Positions 12,934 to 25,940 of a stretch of DNA of 64,000 bases are shown here, in pieces. Every line of letters begins with the position of its first letter. The first letter of the stretch is position 1. A model generated the notes under the pieces. The model was not told the DNA's origin. It saw nothing but the letters and a program-made list of their open reading frames with translations, and ran no database searches. Made by a program: the position numbers and the translations under genes. The stretch spans positions 33,108,001 through 33,172,000 of the forward strand of contig JAQFVV010000001.1 in assembly GCA_028023455.1 (NCBI GenBank), read 5' to 3'. This DNA comes from Epiperipatus broadwayi (lineage: Eukaryota > Animalia > Onychophora).

Positions 12934-13370
12934 GACAAATGAACAATAATATAAATAAAATCGTGATATAACTTACCTATTGCAGGACCAAGTAGAGATA
13001 TGATTCTCAGTGTACATGTGCACCAGGATGGGTTGTGGTTGTATGGAGTTGAGGCATCTGAGCTGTGTGACTACAAAACTGCAACAAATGAATATAATGT
13101 TACTATAATCATGCAATAAATGAACAATAATATAAGTAAAATCATAATATATCTTACTTATTGCAGGACCAAGTAGAGGTATGGTTCTCTGTCTACATGT
13201 GCATCAGGGTGGCTTGTACTGTGTGACTACAAAATTGCATCAAATGAATATAATTGTTACTATAATCATGCAATAAATGAACAATAATATAAATAAAATC
13301 ATGATATATTATCTATTACTGAACCAAATAGGAATATGATTCTAGGCCTGTATGTGTACCGTAGGTGTTA
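12934..13370 (-). repeat. About 2.5 tandem copies of a ~170-bp unit at the 3' side of the piggyBac relic
   Basis: Repeated aaatgaacaataatataa(a/g)taaaatc...ttgcaggaccaagtagag...ctgtgtgactacaaaa at 12937, 13117 and 13276. Confidence 0.85.
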
Positions 13371-13399
13371 TAGTTGCGTAGAATAGGTTTACAAAGGCG

Positions 13400-15319
13400 T
13401 TTGAGCTGTGCTGCTTCTGGCATGATAAGCAGACTGTCTTCACTCCTTCACAAGAGAATGCATCCACATTCCAAGCAGCCAAAGGCACACAGTGCATCTC
13501 TTTTGATTAGTTTATTATGACTGCGCAGATCAGCTATAGTTTGGCACCTGGATGGAATTTGAAGATGCGGTACTACTAAAGCCTTCATTTTCCCTGTTGT
13601 AAAGTCATCAATAAGGCTGGCTGATAAAGCTATTCTATATTCCAGGTGTGGTGTAGGCTGCATTTGCTTTTGGGCCATATATAGTGTATATAATGTAGGA
13701 ATTAGTAATAGCCATATCAAAACAATGCCAGAATAAGCGCATAGGCCAACACTTACACTTTCTATCCCAGCCGTACGCAGTTTGCTTCTGGTTTGCTAAG
13801 TCATTCCCACACATGAAGCAGTTGTATTTTTTAATTGCAATTGGACTTGTCTATGTATGTCGTGTATCATTTTTATGTGTTTTAACAACAGTACCAGCTC
13901 CAGATGACAGATAAGCATTATTGAGCATAACAATTTGCTTCTTATCCATCCAAACTAGAAACTCAAGACCACTGTCAATTACAGAATGGAAGTCTCTTAT
14001 CATCTGTATTAGTTTTAGCTTTTTGATGGACGCTACCTGGAGTACCCTTCTTATCAATTTTCAGTGTGCCATAATAAGAGATTTTACTTGCAGACAGCTT
14101 TTGTGCTTATTGTACACTAGTAAAATGTCAAAAAATAATTCTGTTTAGCAAGTTGTGGCAAAACCACTGACAGCACTGCTCGGGTTCCCAGATTTAGGCC
14201 AGCCTCTGGTGTGCACTTTTGTCTGTATACAACTCCATATGGTACACGTATCCATTATGGCTATCTGCACACTCACCATTTGAAGTATTGCTTTATCAGT
14301 TTTGAGGCATCAAACTTTCATGGTATTATGACTCTTAAATTTAATAATTGCTTCATCAACTGCTACTTCTTGGTGCATCTGATATGCAGCATTGAAATTA
14401 ACATTTCAGTGATCTATGATTGGCCTGATTTTATAAATTCTACCATGCTCTTTACTAGTAATTGATGGCATGGATTTATTGTCATTGAAATGAAAATTAT
14501 TTAGAATTTCAAAAAATCGATCTCTGGTCATAACTTTAGCAAGTACCGGTTGATGCAGAAATTCAATTTCAGACCAAATAAATTTGAACTTTGGCATGCG
14601 TGACACACTATAAACCTGATTTACCATGCCTAAAAATGCATTCAACTCAGTGGGTGACAGATTGACCCAGTTCGGTACTGCTGTACATTTGAAGCACATA
14701 CTTCCTATCAAAAAAAAAATCAACAATTGAGTACTCATGGGGGATGGGAAACTTTAGCCCTGGAGACTTAGTAAATGTTCCGATTGGCACGCGTAGTTCC
14801 TTAACATTACCAAGAAATGAATCCGAATCAGGTCGAGATGAAAGCCTGGGCATGGGCTCACTTGCCATCCTAACCCTCCTTACAGATGACTAGTAAGCTT
14901 TTCTTTCTTTTTTGTTACTTCTGCTTCTCGATCATCTGATAAATCACTACCATCTGATGAGTTTCTAGAAGAGGTCTCAGAAATACACGCATCATCAATG
15001 GGGAATTCTTTATCCAAATCAATCTCTGAATCAAATTCAAGATTACTGGCGAAAGCATCCATTATTTCGGCAGAAATTATTTTCCATTCACTAAATCTAA
15101 AAAAATGAGAAAAATGTTACAAAACGTACTTTACAAAAAAAATTCATAAAAAATTGATCTTTCATCACAGAGAAAAAATACTATAGAAAGCTAGAAAGAT
15201 GGCGGAAAAAATGAAAAAAGACCCATAAGTATAAAGTTTACTGTTTCGGCACAAATTTAGTTGAAATCTAAATTTTTAAAATAGGGGCTCTCAGGGGCAC
15301 TTTGGACTCAAGAGGTCAA
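13400..15319 (-). mobile_element. Decayed piggyBac DNA transposon (DDE_Tnp_1_7-type transposase pseudogene)
   Basis: ORF pieces: acidic N-terminus (14880-15062), VMTRDRFFEILNNFHFNDN..IYKIRPIIDH, AVDEAIIKFKSH (first catalytic D), ADSHNGYVYHMELY, VWMDKKQIVML, Cys-rich C-terminus; 5' end TTGA-CCTCTTGAGTCC resembles TTAA+TIR; the other TIR was not found. Confidence 0.88.
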
Positions 15320-15599
15320 TGTATTCTGCAGGCATATATAAAATGCCTAACTAAAGAACACAATAATAATTAAAAAAAAGGCAAAAACAAAAATATATAT
15401 ATATGAATATAGAAGTTATATTACAATTATTTATATTAATTTTTTATTTTATTTACAGTTAAATGATGAATATCAACATAATTATAATAGGCATTAAACA
15501 ACTTTGGAAGGCTAAATATAGAACCTCTTAAACAATTAGTTCTAAATTTTGCAAAAGCATGTTTTAAACACATCAAGAGCACTGTAAGAAATTTCACTA

Positions 15600-18350
15600 A
15601 TGCTTTTTATTATGTTGACTTGTCCTTTGATTACTTTGTCAAAAATAGTTTTTAAGATTTCTTAATAGCCTTAATGAAACCAAGAGTTTTATACTGTTCC
15701 AAACTTTGCATTGTAATACTTTATAAATTTTCTTTGTATTGCATCCAAATCTACTATGAGAGTGTTTAATTGTCAGAGTTCCAAACTACACTGCCATAGT
15801 TTAGAATTGGTAATATGATATAAAAAGCTATTCATAATTTTTCCTATTAAGGAATCTTACTCACTTAAAAATGCAACCCACAATTTTAAAAACTTTAGAG
15901 CATAAATAACATATATGACCTGAGAAAAGTAATTTAGAATCAAAAATTTGTATCTAAATCTTCATTCATTTACTCGCAAAATATTTCCTTTTAATATATA
16001 ATTAAATAGTATGGGATTTATTTTTATTGAAAAAATAATCATTATGGTTTTATCCTCATTTATGTTCATGTAATTTTTAATATACGATAATTCAAATCTT
16101 TTGATCTAATTTTGTAGATAATTTCAATCATTAAGTGATTTGATGTATTTATAAACCTTAATATCATCAGCAAAGCATGAAACACAGCAATAAGATATGT
16201 AATTCAAGCCAAAGTATATATATTGAACAGAAATTGTCCCAAACAGATCTCTGAAGAACAGTAGAATCGTTAAAATAATCTCATTCACAATGCAAATATT
16301 TCACAAAATATCTTGTACGCAAAAAAGATGCAAACCATTTTAACCATAACTTAGTTAATCCTATATAATCTAACTTACTAAGAAGAATAGTGGATAATCT
16401 TATCAAATGCCTTAGATAAATCAAAATAAATTGTATCAACTTGATTTTGATTATTAATAGCATGTGTCACATTATATTAGTATTAATAGATCTGTTCCTC
16501 ATAAATCCATCCTGAAAATCTGGAATAAATTTCTTCATGTAAATATAAGCAGATTCATATACAACCAATACAAATGATTTAGCTGGAACTGATAATATTG
16601 AACTGGTCTATAATTTTCAAGCCTATCTTTATTGATCTTTTTTATATATAGGAACTATTTTAGTGATTTTCCACCTATTAGTAAAAAGTCATTTTTGGAT
16701 AGAAAGATTAGAAATGGAAAGAAATACAGGGGCTAGAATATCCATGCAACCTTTATAAATAAATGTAGCTATATCATCAAAATTAACTGAAAATTTATTT
16801 TTTAGTCTACAAAAAGCTGACAACACTTGAAGATAAAATGTAACACAAGATAGAAAATCAGAAATGACAGTATAACCAGAGAAATCATGAATGGTTGAAA
16901 GATGAAATATTGCTGCATGAAGGAAAAAAAAAAATCTGCAAAGCAAATATATATTAACGGATCTGTTATTAAATTCCCAAAAACTTTTGGAATCCCTATA
17001 TATATTACCTTTCATCCTTAGTATGGAATTTTTAATATCCACTCTTGCCAATCTAAGTTTCAAAAAAACATAATAAAGAATTTGTTGACGTAAACAATTT
17101 ATGATACATATTTTTAGACTTTGTTAGAAAACCATTCTGGAAAAATTATTCATTTGATCACCAATGTATGTATTTCATCAAATTTTATAGTTGCAGTATC
17201 TGGATCTAATCAATTATATTCTTCATTTCAAGAAGTATTCTAAATACAAACTAAAATAGTGTTGTCCCCCCCCCCCCCACACTTTTATAACTCCTAACTA
17301 TTGAAGAAAAAAAAAGTTTTCCATTCAAAGCAACAGGAATACAGAATTCAAGAAGTAGATGAAAACAGATCAGATTTCACAAGTGGAATACTCATACACA
17401 CTAATAGTACTGAAAGTAGAATAATATAAGATCAATAACTTTATTTAAATTATTAACACAATAATTGTTTGGAGTCCAATTCATACAATTTATAAAGCCA
17501 CTTAACTTTTGGAATCCCTATATATATTACCTTTCATCCTTAGTATGGAATTTTTAATATCCACTCTTGCCAATCTAAGTTTCAAAAAAACATTATAACA
17601 AAAAAAATTTGTTGACGTAAACAATTTATGATACATATTTTTAGACTTAATTATTTTTATAAGTTTGTTAGAAAACCATTCTGGAAAAATTATTCATTCG
17701 ATCACCAATGTATATATTTCATCAAATTTTATAGTTGCAGTATCTGGATCTAAACAATTATATTCTTCATTTCAAGAAGTATTCTAAATACAAACTAAAA
17801 TAGTCCCCCCCCCCTCCCACTTTTATAACCCCTAACTATTGATGAAAAAAAATGTTTTCAATTCAAAGCAACAGGAATACAGAATTCAAGAAGTAGATGA
17901 ACTAGATCAGATTTCACAAATGGAATACTCATACACACTAATAGTACTGAAAGTAGAATAATATAAGATCAATAACTTTATTTAAACTATTAACACAATA
18001 ATTGTTCTGAGTCCAATTCATACAATTTATAAAGCCACTTAATCTCAAAAACTTATCAGCTGTATTGGAGGAAATATTTAACCTTAAAGGACAATTAAAA
18101 TCAACTAATTGAATATCATAATTCAACAATAAAGATTCAATACTATTTAAGAGATTATCAAATTAATCAATGGATATTGCAGGTCTTATATATATATTTT
18201 CCAAAAGGAACTTAATATTTTTTAATGAAATTTCAATCCATATACACAAATTATTTGACTCCAAATAACTCAACCTCTTAAAACAAATGTTTCATTAATG
18301 CAATTAGAATTCCACCACTCATTAAATTGAGTCATGATCTATTATTACAA
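15600..18350 (-). mobile_element. Decayed CR1/L2/Jockey-type LINE ORF2 (APE endonuclease remnant + RT)
   Basis: Minus-strand motifs GCMDILAP, DLSKAFDK (~16400-16425), FADDIKVY (~16150-16175), YGSVVWN, LDAIQRKF; many stops. Confidence 0.8.
16982..18042. repeat. Tandem duplication of ~522 bp inside the LINE relic
   Basis: cttttggaatccctatatatattacc... starts at 16984 and again at 17506; copies are colinear with few indels. Confidence 0.92.
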
Positions 18351-18531
18351 ATTACAATGTCTTATTATCAAATAGATTTATTCTGATATTCATCATATAA
18401 TCATGTTTAAGAAAAATGTCATAATTGTCTATTAATAATGTCTTTGTAATAATTTGTTCGAATTTTAGAAAAGGAATCAAAAAATATATCACTAAAAACA
18501 CATTTTGTAAAACGCAAAATGACAACTTATT

Positions 18532-18733
18532 TATAAATATAATTTGTCCAAACTTCAAACACTTTTTAGCAAAACTCTTTATTTGTACATACACAGACAC
18601 CTATGTTTCGACTGACCTGCAGTCTTCTTCAGAGCTATTATATAATGAACAAAATAAAATAAACATAGGTGTCTGTATGTACAAATAAAGTTTTGCTAAA
18701 AAGTGTTTGAAGTTTGGACAAATTATATTTATA
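18532..18733. repeat. Foldback (~75-bp arms) centred on a Penelope-type hammerhead ribozyme core (- strand)
   Basis: Arms 18532-18608 and 18661-18733; minus strand 18632-18596 reads CTGAAGA-A-GACTG(CAGGT)CAGTC-GAAA-CA(TAGG)TG-TC; stem I does not pair. Confidence 0.65.
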
Positions 18734-21340
18734 GGATATTACGGCAAACATAAAGAAAAGTGTGATTTTGGTGACAACTATTATTCTGATTATAAATTTC
18801 ACTTTATTACTTATTCTCAACATTTGTAATGCTGAAATATTTTTGAGAATTTTTTTGTTTGTAAAATATTCAAATAAATTAAATTTTTGGAAAGAATACT
18901 GAATAAAGATTTAATTATTAAAATAAAATGTTGCAAATATAACCAAACAACCACTAGGATTTTCAAAGAAGTAGACATAATGAGTTAGTTAAATTGTTTC
19001 ATATCAAATTTTTTAAAAAAAATTTGCATTCTAATGTTTTTACATATTTAGCATTTGTTTTGTCGAATCCTTTGAAAAATGAATGATTGTGAGTTCACTA
19101 TATATATATAGTAAAATAATGTGCATTTTAAATAAATTTAACAAACTTTTCTCTTTATTTTGGAAATTATTAATTTTTTATTGAATATATCTATAAAGTT
19201 CATAAATGGGTTACCAGAGACTTGTAGTTTTGAGGAATCATGAAGTGTCAGGAACAAAGGAGTGATTTGCTTTTTTTTTTATTTGTTCAAGGTATTTTAT
19301 TCAATTACCTAAACAGTTTTATGGCACCTTTTGAAATTAGTTGATTTTACCAAAGTTTATTTCTACTATAAAGCTTTTACATGATCCTGATATATTTGAA
19401 ATGAAAACTAATATTAAACAAGGATGTATATTTGCTTCAAGATTATTTTTGATTTTTATAATAGTTGTCTTTTATAGGAAGAAACTTTATAAAGCTGACT
19501 AGGATATGATACAGATTTGATGACGGAATTTTAAATTTGAATCGATTAAAATTAAAAAAAAAATCATTTTCTTGGCATTTGGATTTACCATATGTGCTAA
19601 CTGATTTAGCTATTCTTGCTAATTCAAAAGGTGATCTATAGAATGTATTTACTATTTTGAATGCAACAACTATGTTAGTTTAATTATTAATATTAAAAAA
19701 ACAAGTTTTTTTGTCAGCCGGTGATGAAAGGTAAATCTCAGCAATTATTAGATTGAATAGTTATTGACTTGAGAATGTGAGCCAATTTAAATTTTTGATT
19801 GTTTTTATGGTTTTAGATGTTTGAGGTGTAGCACAATCTCCAATGTGTTGTTGCTGCTTTTAACAAGTTAAAAGAAGGTATTTATTTCATCCTTACATAA
19901 TATAAGTAGTGAAACTAGGTGTTATTTCTTGTCAATGCGACATAAAAGCATTAAAAAAAATATAATTTAAGAAAGGACTGCAAAATTCTAAAAATATATT
20001 GGAAAGATCATATACCATTTAATAAGTTTTTCAGCTTACTTATCTAAACAAATGCAATTGTTTTTATTGGGAAGATATGGTAGAGGATAGAATGCAATGG
20101 AGAGCTACAATTAGACAAGATATTGAAATCTTGGAGAAAGTTGACTACAGAAATTAGAATATAGTATTGTAAAATATGAAATAAACCATAATGGAATAGT
20201 ATTTTTTATATGTTGATACATTTGAAAACTTAAGTGTAATATGATTTTTTTTAACTTTCAATTTTTTTTTTTTTAAAGTTGGAATTGCCATACTTGTCGG
20301 CAAGTAGCTGCTGCTGATGTTTATATAATGTATAATTTTTTTGCTTAACTTTCTTTGTGTACAAGAAGTACAATTTATTATATATATATTTTTAGTTAAG
20401 TAATGTTGTAGGATATTAAGAATATTAAATCTGTAAGTGGTAGATATTTAAAATATATGTATACTAGTAGGGGAACATGTCTCACTTTCTCTGCTTGTGC
20501 CTTTGGTGGAACTCTTCTGGAAATCGCTTCATTCACCTACGGTTTTTTTGGCAAAGCTTATGAGAAAATATTTATTTCTAACACTTTCTGCACTATATAT
20601 ATATAGGTCATTTTTGAAATTTCAACAGTATTACATTATGATTGGATAAAGTTAGAAAACCGAAAAGAGTGACACCAAATGCATGTACATAGGACTTAAA
20701 TTTTGCTTGGTTTAACAATTCAGATAAAATCACAATTTTTTGCAAAACTTTTTAGGGTAGATATGTCTTTGTAAGTTTTATTTCTGAAAGCAAATTATTT
20801 ATTGCCAAAGAAAAGAAAAATTGAAAGAATGCAATATGGAATCCATTATCAATGCTTTCAAATTATTTTTTTCAAAAGACACATAAAAAAATATATCGTA
20901 AGCTTTTCCCAACTTTCAGCCACAATCTTAACACGTTACATAAAATTTTCATTTGTTATCTACATTTAATTTAAAGAAATTAAAAAAAAAAAAAACCCTC
21001 TAAGATATATTTCAATAAAAATTATAAAATTACATAACAAAATTAAGTTCTATTTTTCCACATTAAATAATTCTGCATTAAGTACAACTTTATTTCTTTG
21101 TTCTTTAATAAATATTTAATTGGGCCAGAGCAAGCTTATTATTAAATAAATAATTATTAATACTTTTTCAGAATATTGTTTTTTTTTTTTTTGTTACAGA
21201 ATGATATTTTTAGCAACAGTTTGTTTTTGTTTGTAAAGCTGACCAGATAGAAATTGTAGTCTCTTATTAATAGATTTACTTCTGGAACTTTTAGCAAACT
21301 TAATTTCACTTATGATTTTATATATTTAGGGTAGACCTAT

Positions 21341-24178
21341 TGAAGCAATGGATCTGTAGGCCAGATCCACGCTTCAAGTCTTTCTAGATTGCTAGATTAG
21401 GATTAAACCAGATCCATGTGTGTTATGATGTTTATAAAACTTTCCGCCTGCCATTTTAGATACATTTAAATTTTAATCCAGCAAATAAATGAACTAAAAT
21501 ATCAATTTTCTATTTAAAATGTTTTATTATAAATATTGGAGGGGCCCAGATATATATATATGCGCAAATAGATATATATAATTACAGACGGAAACTTTTA
21601 TAAAAATCGATAAATAAATTTTAATATGCTATTTTTTTAAAATATTTTATTCTGGAGATCCCTACTAACATTCCATAGTGTCAAACAAAAGAAAATCCAT
21701 TAACGAAATGGTAATGTACTTTTCTAATTAAAGTAAAATTCAAATGAAAAATTATTTGAAACATAAATTCTTCAAATCTAAATTTAATTAAAAATAGATT
21801 TGAAATAATAAAATTATTGGATTTATTGGGAGAGTGGATCTCAAGAATACAATGTAAATCTACTTTAGGTCGATAATTGCGGTCACCGAAATTTCAACAT
21901 AGCCACTTAGCCTTGAGTAAATGAAACGGAATTTCCCAAAAATAGTCAGAAAAGGATATAAATAGCCGAGGAGAACAATAGAGGTCCGCCAGTCATAGTT
22001 TTCGTCAGTAATTGCTTGATGAATCCACGCCGGTTAAATTTTCAATAAATGCTTAGAAGCATGGTAGTTGAGTAGACGGCTTTTAACCTGCCATCTTCCC
22101 ACTGACCTAAAGATGATCGCCAAATACCATAATCCGGAAAAACTTCATCAAAATGTGTAATTGTGGACTGGTGAAATATTGAACTCTCATATTAAAATAC
22201 ATAGCTAGCTATGCCTGTGTGGAAATTCATATTTTATCGTGGGATCCAAACCTCCACAAGGACTCAAAATAAATTAGATATGTTCCAATCAGTTTATTTC
22301 TAACTGTCTAATTTATTCTTTAAAAACTTCAATTGATCCGATAATGTAAATTTTTGCTATTTTTAATGTCTTTTAAAATGAAATCTCCTTAATGTAATAT
22401 AAATGTTTAAGTAAAATTCTGTAATTTTTACTTGCTATCACTTTAAATCAATGTCTTTACTCTCATTTTGTCTGTCTTAAAGTTATGCCTCTTAATGCTA
22501 AACTTTCTTTTAATGCAGTTTAGAAAGTACTATTATTTACCTAAATGAAATGAATATATGACAATTTATTCCATCTCGACTAAAGTTTTATATAATTAAA
22601 TATTTTGCTTTCTATTTCCCGACCGTTTGTCAGTAAATAAAATGAATAACTCTCCAGCTCTGAATGATTAATACTTGGAACAACCTTTGTTTTGTCGAGA
22701 TGAAACCATTTTATACTATTATGTGTTTTGAAATATTTCTGCACACACGGTTTAATTGTGGGGAGACGCTAGATTCAAGCATGAGGTTTTATTTAGTTAT
22801 ATTATTTAACTTTTAAAGAGTGAAAGGGAGAGGGTTTGAAAAATTATATTTGTGCTAAATAATAAAAGAGAGTAATAAAATGTTAATTGAAATATTGGTG
22901 AGATTTTGTGTTGAAGGGAGAGACATGTCGCTCACAAAATGATATAATAATAATTAATGCTTATTTTATTTTTTGATCCGATCGTGGTCAATCCGTATAA
23001 CATTTATGCGATCTTTAATAGCTCAGTCCAATTTTATATTTCAATTCTAAAAATGTATTCTTCAGTACTTGTATTTTGCCTTGCCGGCATTTTGCTTGAT
23101 TACTTGTTTTTTGTTCTTTGTGATCAGAATTAGACCATGTGATAATTTCACTGGTCATGAATTTTTTTTATCAGGATATGAAAGACAAAATGGGAAGAAC
23201 CGGGGCAAGCTGAGCTTAGCTAGCCTTGGCGATTCTCATACTTTCACCTGAAATATTTTAGGATTGCTAAGGGCGCAAACCATTCGTTTTGTCTTGGCGT
23301 CACTGGAACAGAGCGGGTGAATTGAGTCTATGCTGGTAATATAATGTCGAATGCTGGGTCTGTCCACTTTCTTTTGTTCTGAACACATCATAGCAGATTG
23401 ACTATAGTCTGATTAATTCATTTGTTTTACAATCTTAAAATATTTATTTGCGAATATCGTGATCCATTTATATTTTAAATGTGTCACTCTCTTCAAGGGC
23501 AATTCCTAAAATATGATTTAATTATTTCTCTTCAAATAATTTCATCTTGTCATAAAGTTGTGTTTAAAATGGGGCTATTTAATCTTTGTTTCATATATCT
23601 CTGACTTAAGTGGGTGTCTTCCATAAAACCCTAATCGTTTACATTTGTTAAATTGGCATATGAAATATGTCGCTCCCTCACTCGAGGCATAATTAATGAC
23701 AGAATAGAAATTTATGTTAACTAATTTATGAAATAAAAGAGAGACATTAAATGAGTTATAAAAATGTTTTATTAAATATATATGTGAATTCAGGCTACCT
23801 GTGTTTCACCTCTATTCATTTCATTCTGAAATTAGCTTTTGTAATTAATTATTGTGCTGCTATCTGATGACTCAAGGTCACATACATACTATTCCTATAT
23901 TTAAAGTTACTGGATAGGTCTAATTAGAGTTAATATTAGAATTAGACATTCGAATTAGTTGAGGCTCATGCTCTACCATTGATGCTAGTGGGCCGGAGTG
24001 TGGAAAAGATTAATTGCTTGCCTCGAAAATGTCAGTTAGGTGGCAGATTTAGATTGTGTGTAAACAGGGCAGAATCCATAAGTATTCTTTATCTTTGATG
24101 TCGTGTATGATTGGATTCAAGGTACTTTTACCCAGGCTGTGAATTGTGTTGAGTTAACATACAATTTCGGCTGGTACA
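21341..24178 (+). mobile_element. Solo LTR (~2.84 kb) related to the LTRs at 41758-49605
   Basis: Starts TGAAGCAATGGATCTG like that LTR; TATAAATA at 21957; 3' end (agggcaga..agtattctt..aggtactttt..gttaacataca..GTACA) aligns with that LTR's 3' end; flanks CTAT (21337-21340) and ATAT (24179-24182). Confidence 0.75.
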
Positions 24179-24609
24179 ATATTTAGAAACATCAGTGCAT
24201 TTTTATTGGATTTGAAGATACAGTTGAGATAGCATTCCTATCATTACCAATTACCTAAATCATTAAAAATCTAAGAATAGATGTACGTGGAATGATAATA
24301 TGAAGAACAAGCCAGTGAAGAAAAGATTGATAATATAGATCTAAATAAGACTATGTGGGTTATCTATGGAGAAACTGGAAGTAAAACTAAACATAAGTAT
24401 TGTTTTAGATCTAAGAACAATAAACATCAGTAATGATAATTGATATTAATAAGAAGTGTTTTAAAGAAAATTTTTTATTCTTCAGCCATACTTAGATATT
24501 AATAATTGTAATGATAAAATAGAAAATATATAAATTGAAAAAAGAAATTGAAATTAATATTATATAATTGTATAAAGACTTTATCGTTCTTATTGCATTG
24601 GTAAATCCA

Positions 24610-24778
24610 TATAATAGTAAATCATCTATGTCCTTTATTACTGTTGTACAATGCTTTTATTCCAATCCCTATGACAATTTCGATTGCCCCAGCAATCTTC
24701 AATCGAAACTGTATCATGGGGGTTGGAATAAAAGTATCATACAACAGTAATTTATGGTATAGATGATTTAGTATTATA
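24610..24778. repeat. Foldback with ~77-bp arms and 13-nt loop, centred on a degenerate hammerhead-like core
   Basis: Arms 24610-24686 and 24700-24778; minus-strand centre TTGAAGA TTGC TGGG GCAATC GAAA. Confidence 0.75.
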
Positions 24779-25940
24779 TAATTTAATGAAGATATAATTT
24801 AATTAGTAAACACATATAGGCTTAACATTTTCGAGGATCCATACCTCATAATCGTAGCCGTAATAAAATGCATATAGGAAAATTTATGCAAAAATATTTA
24901 AATTACTATCTTTTCTATTGATGGGGTGAATATGTGTTAACTAATTAAATTATATCTTCTCCCTTAAACTTTATTTATAAGTGTGTGTTTGTTTACATAA
25001 TAACTGGAAGTGAAACTGCATTTATTATATAATTGTATACTGTTATTACCCACTGGAATGCTGCTGTAATATTGGTAATAGATGTTAAAATTGTTGAAGA
25101 TTTTAGACTAGGATAAGAAACATGATTATATTTTTTATATGAGAAATGATTTTAAAAATCACAAAAGAATTTGCACTAGATGATGAGATTAGTGTTTGGC
25201 TAGATTATGTCTTAATTCAAAATTGCTTTAGAAACTATTAAGAGCATGTTTACTTTCTGAATTTGATCTAAACTTGAATTGCAATTTAGTAGTGGTAGAA
25301 ATAAAATGTTTTGATAAGAAATAATAGACAGTTCATGAATTAAGGGATATTGTGAAAAAAAAAGTAGCATTAAATAAAGAAATAAACCTAAATAATTAAT
25401 TGACAAAGAAAATTTAAAAGATGTTGCAGTTGAGTCATAGTGTACAAAAGAAGAGCAAAAATATTATTTGATTAGTAATAAGATAATGATATAAAATAGT
25501 AAAGTGAAGATAATAAAAAAATATGAAATTCTTTAGTAATTATACATTTATATAGAAATCATAGTAAATTGACATGCGGAACCAATAAAGCTAAGAAAAA
25601 ATAGGAGAATATAGGGAAATAGTCAAACTATAAAGAAAAAGATTTGATTTAAAGTATAGTAGAATAAAATAATTTGAATGGGTGATTAAATAAATACTGA
25701 TTGAAGATAGATATGGTAAATTATTTTTAAGTAAAGCTAATGCATTGAAAAGATAGGAATAATATGTCAGTGGTTTAGGAATTATTGCATCAGTGATTTA
25801 TATGATAAAAATGACAAGACTTCATTTATATTAGTTGGAAAAAAAGCTATGGATTGTGATGGAATTAGTTGTGCTATAATGGAAAAGTTGTAAAAACATT
25901 GAGATGAAAGTTGTTAAGGCACAAGGGGGGGGGGATTAAA

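Noticed and set aside
12934-13370. Repeat-spacer-like array resembling CRISPR
   Set aside because: Eukaryotic context, ~170-bp degenerate units, homologous rather than unique spacers, no cas genes
23395-23405. Alternative solo-LTR end followed by CTAT, giving a perfect TSD and 2061 bp
   Set aside because: Ends in GA rather than CA; homology to the related LTR 3' end continues to 24178
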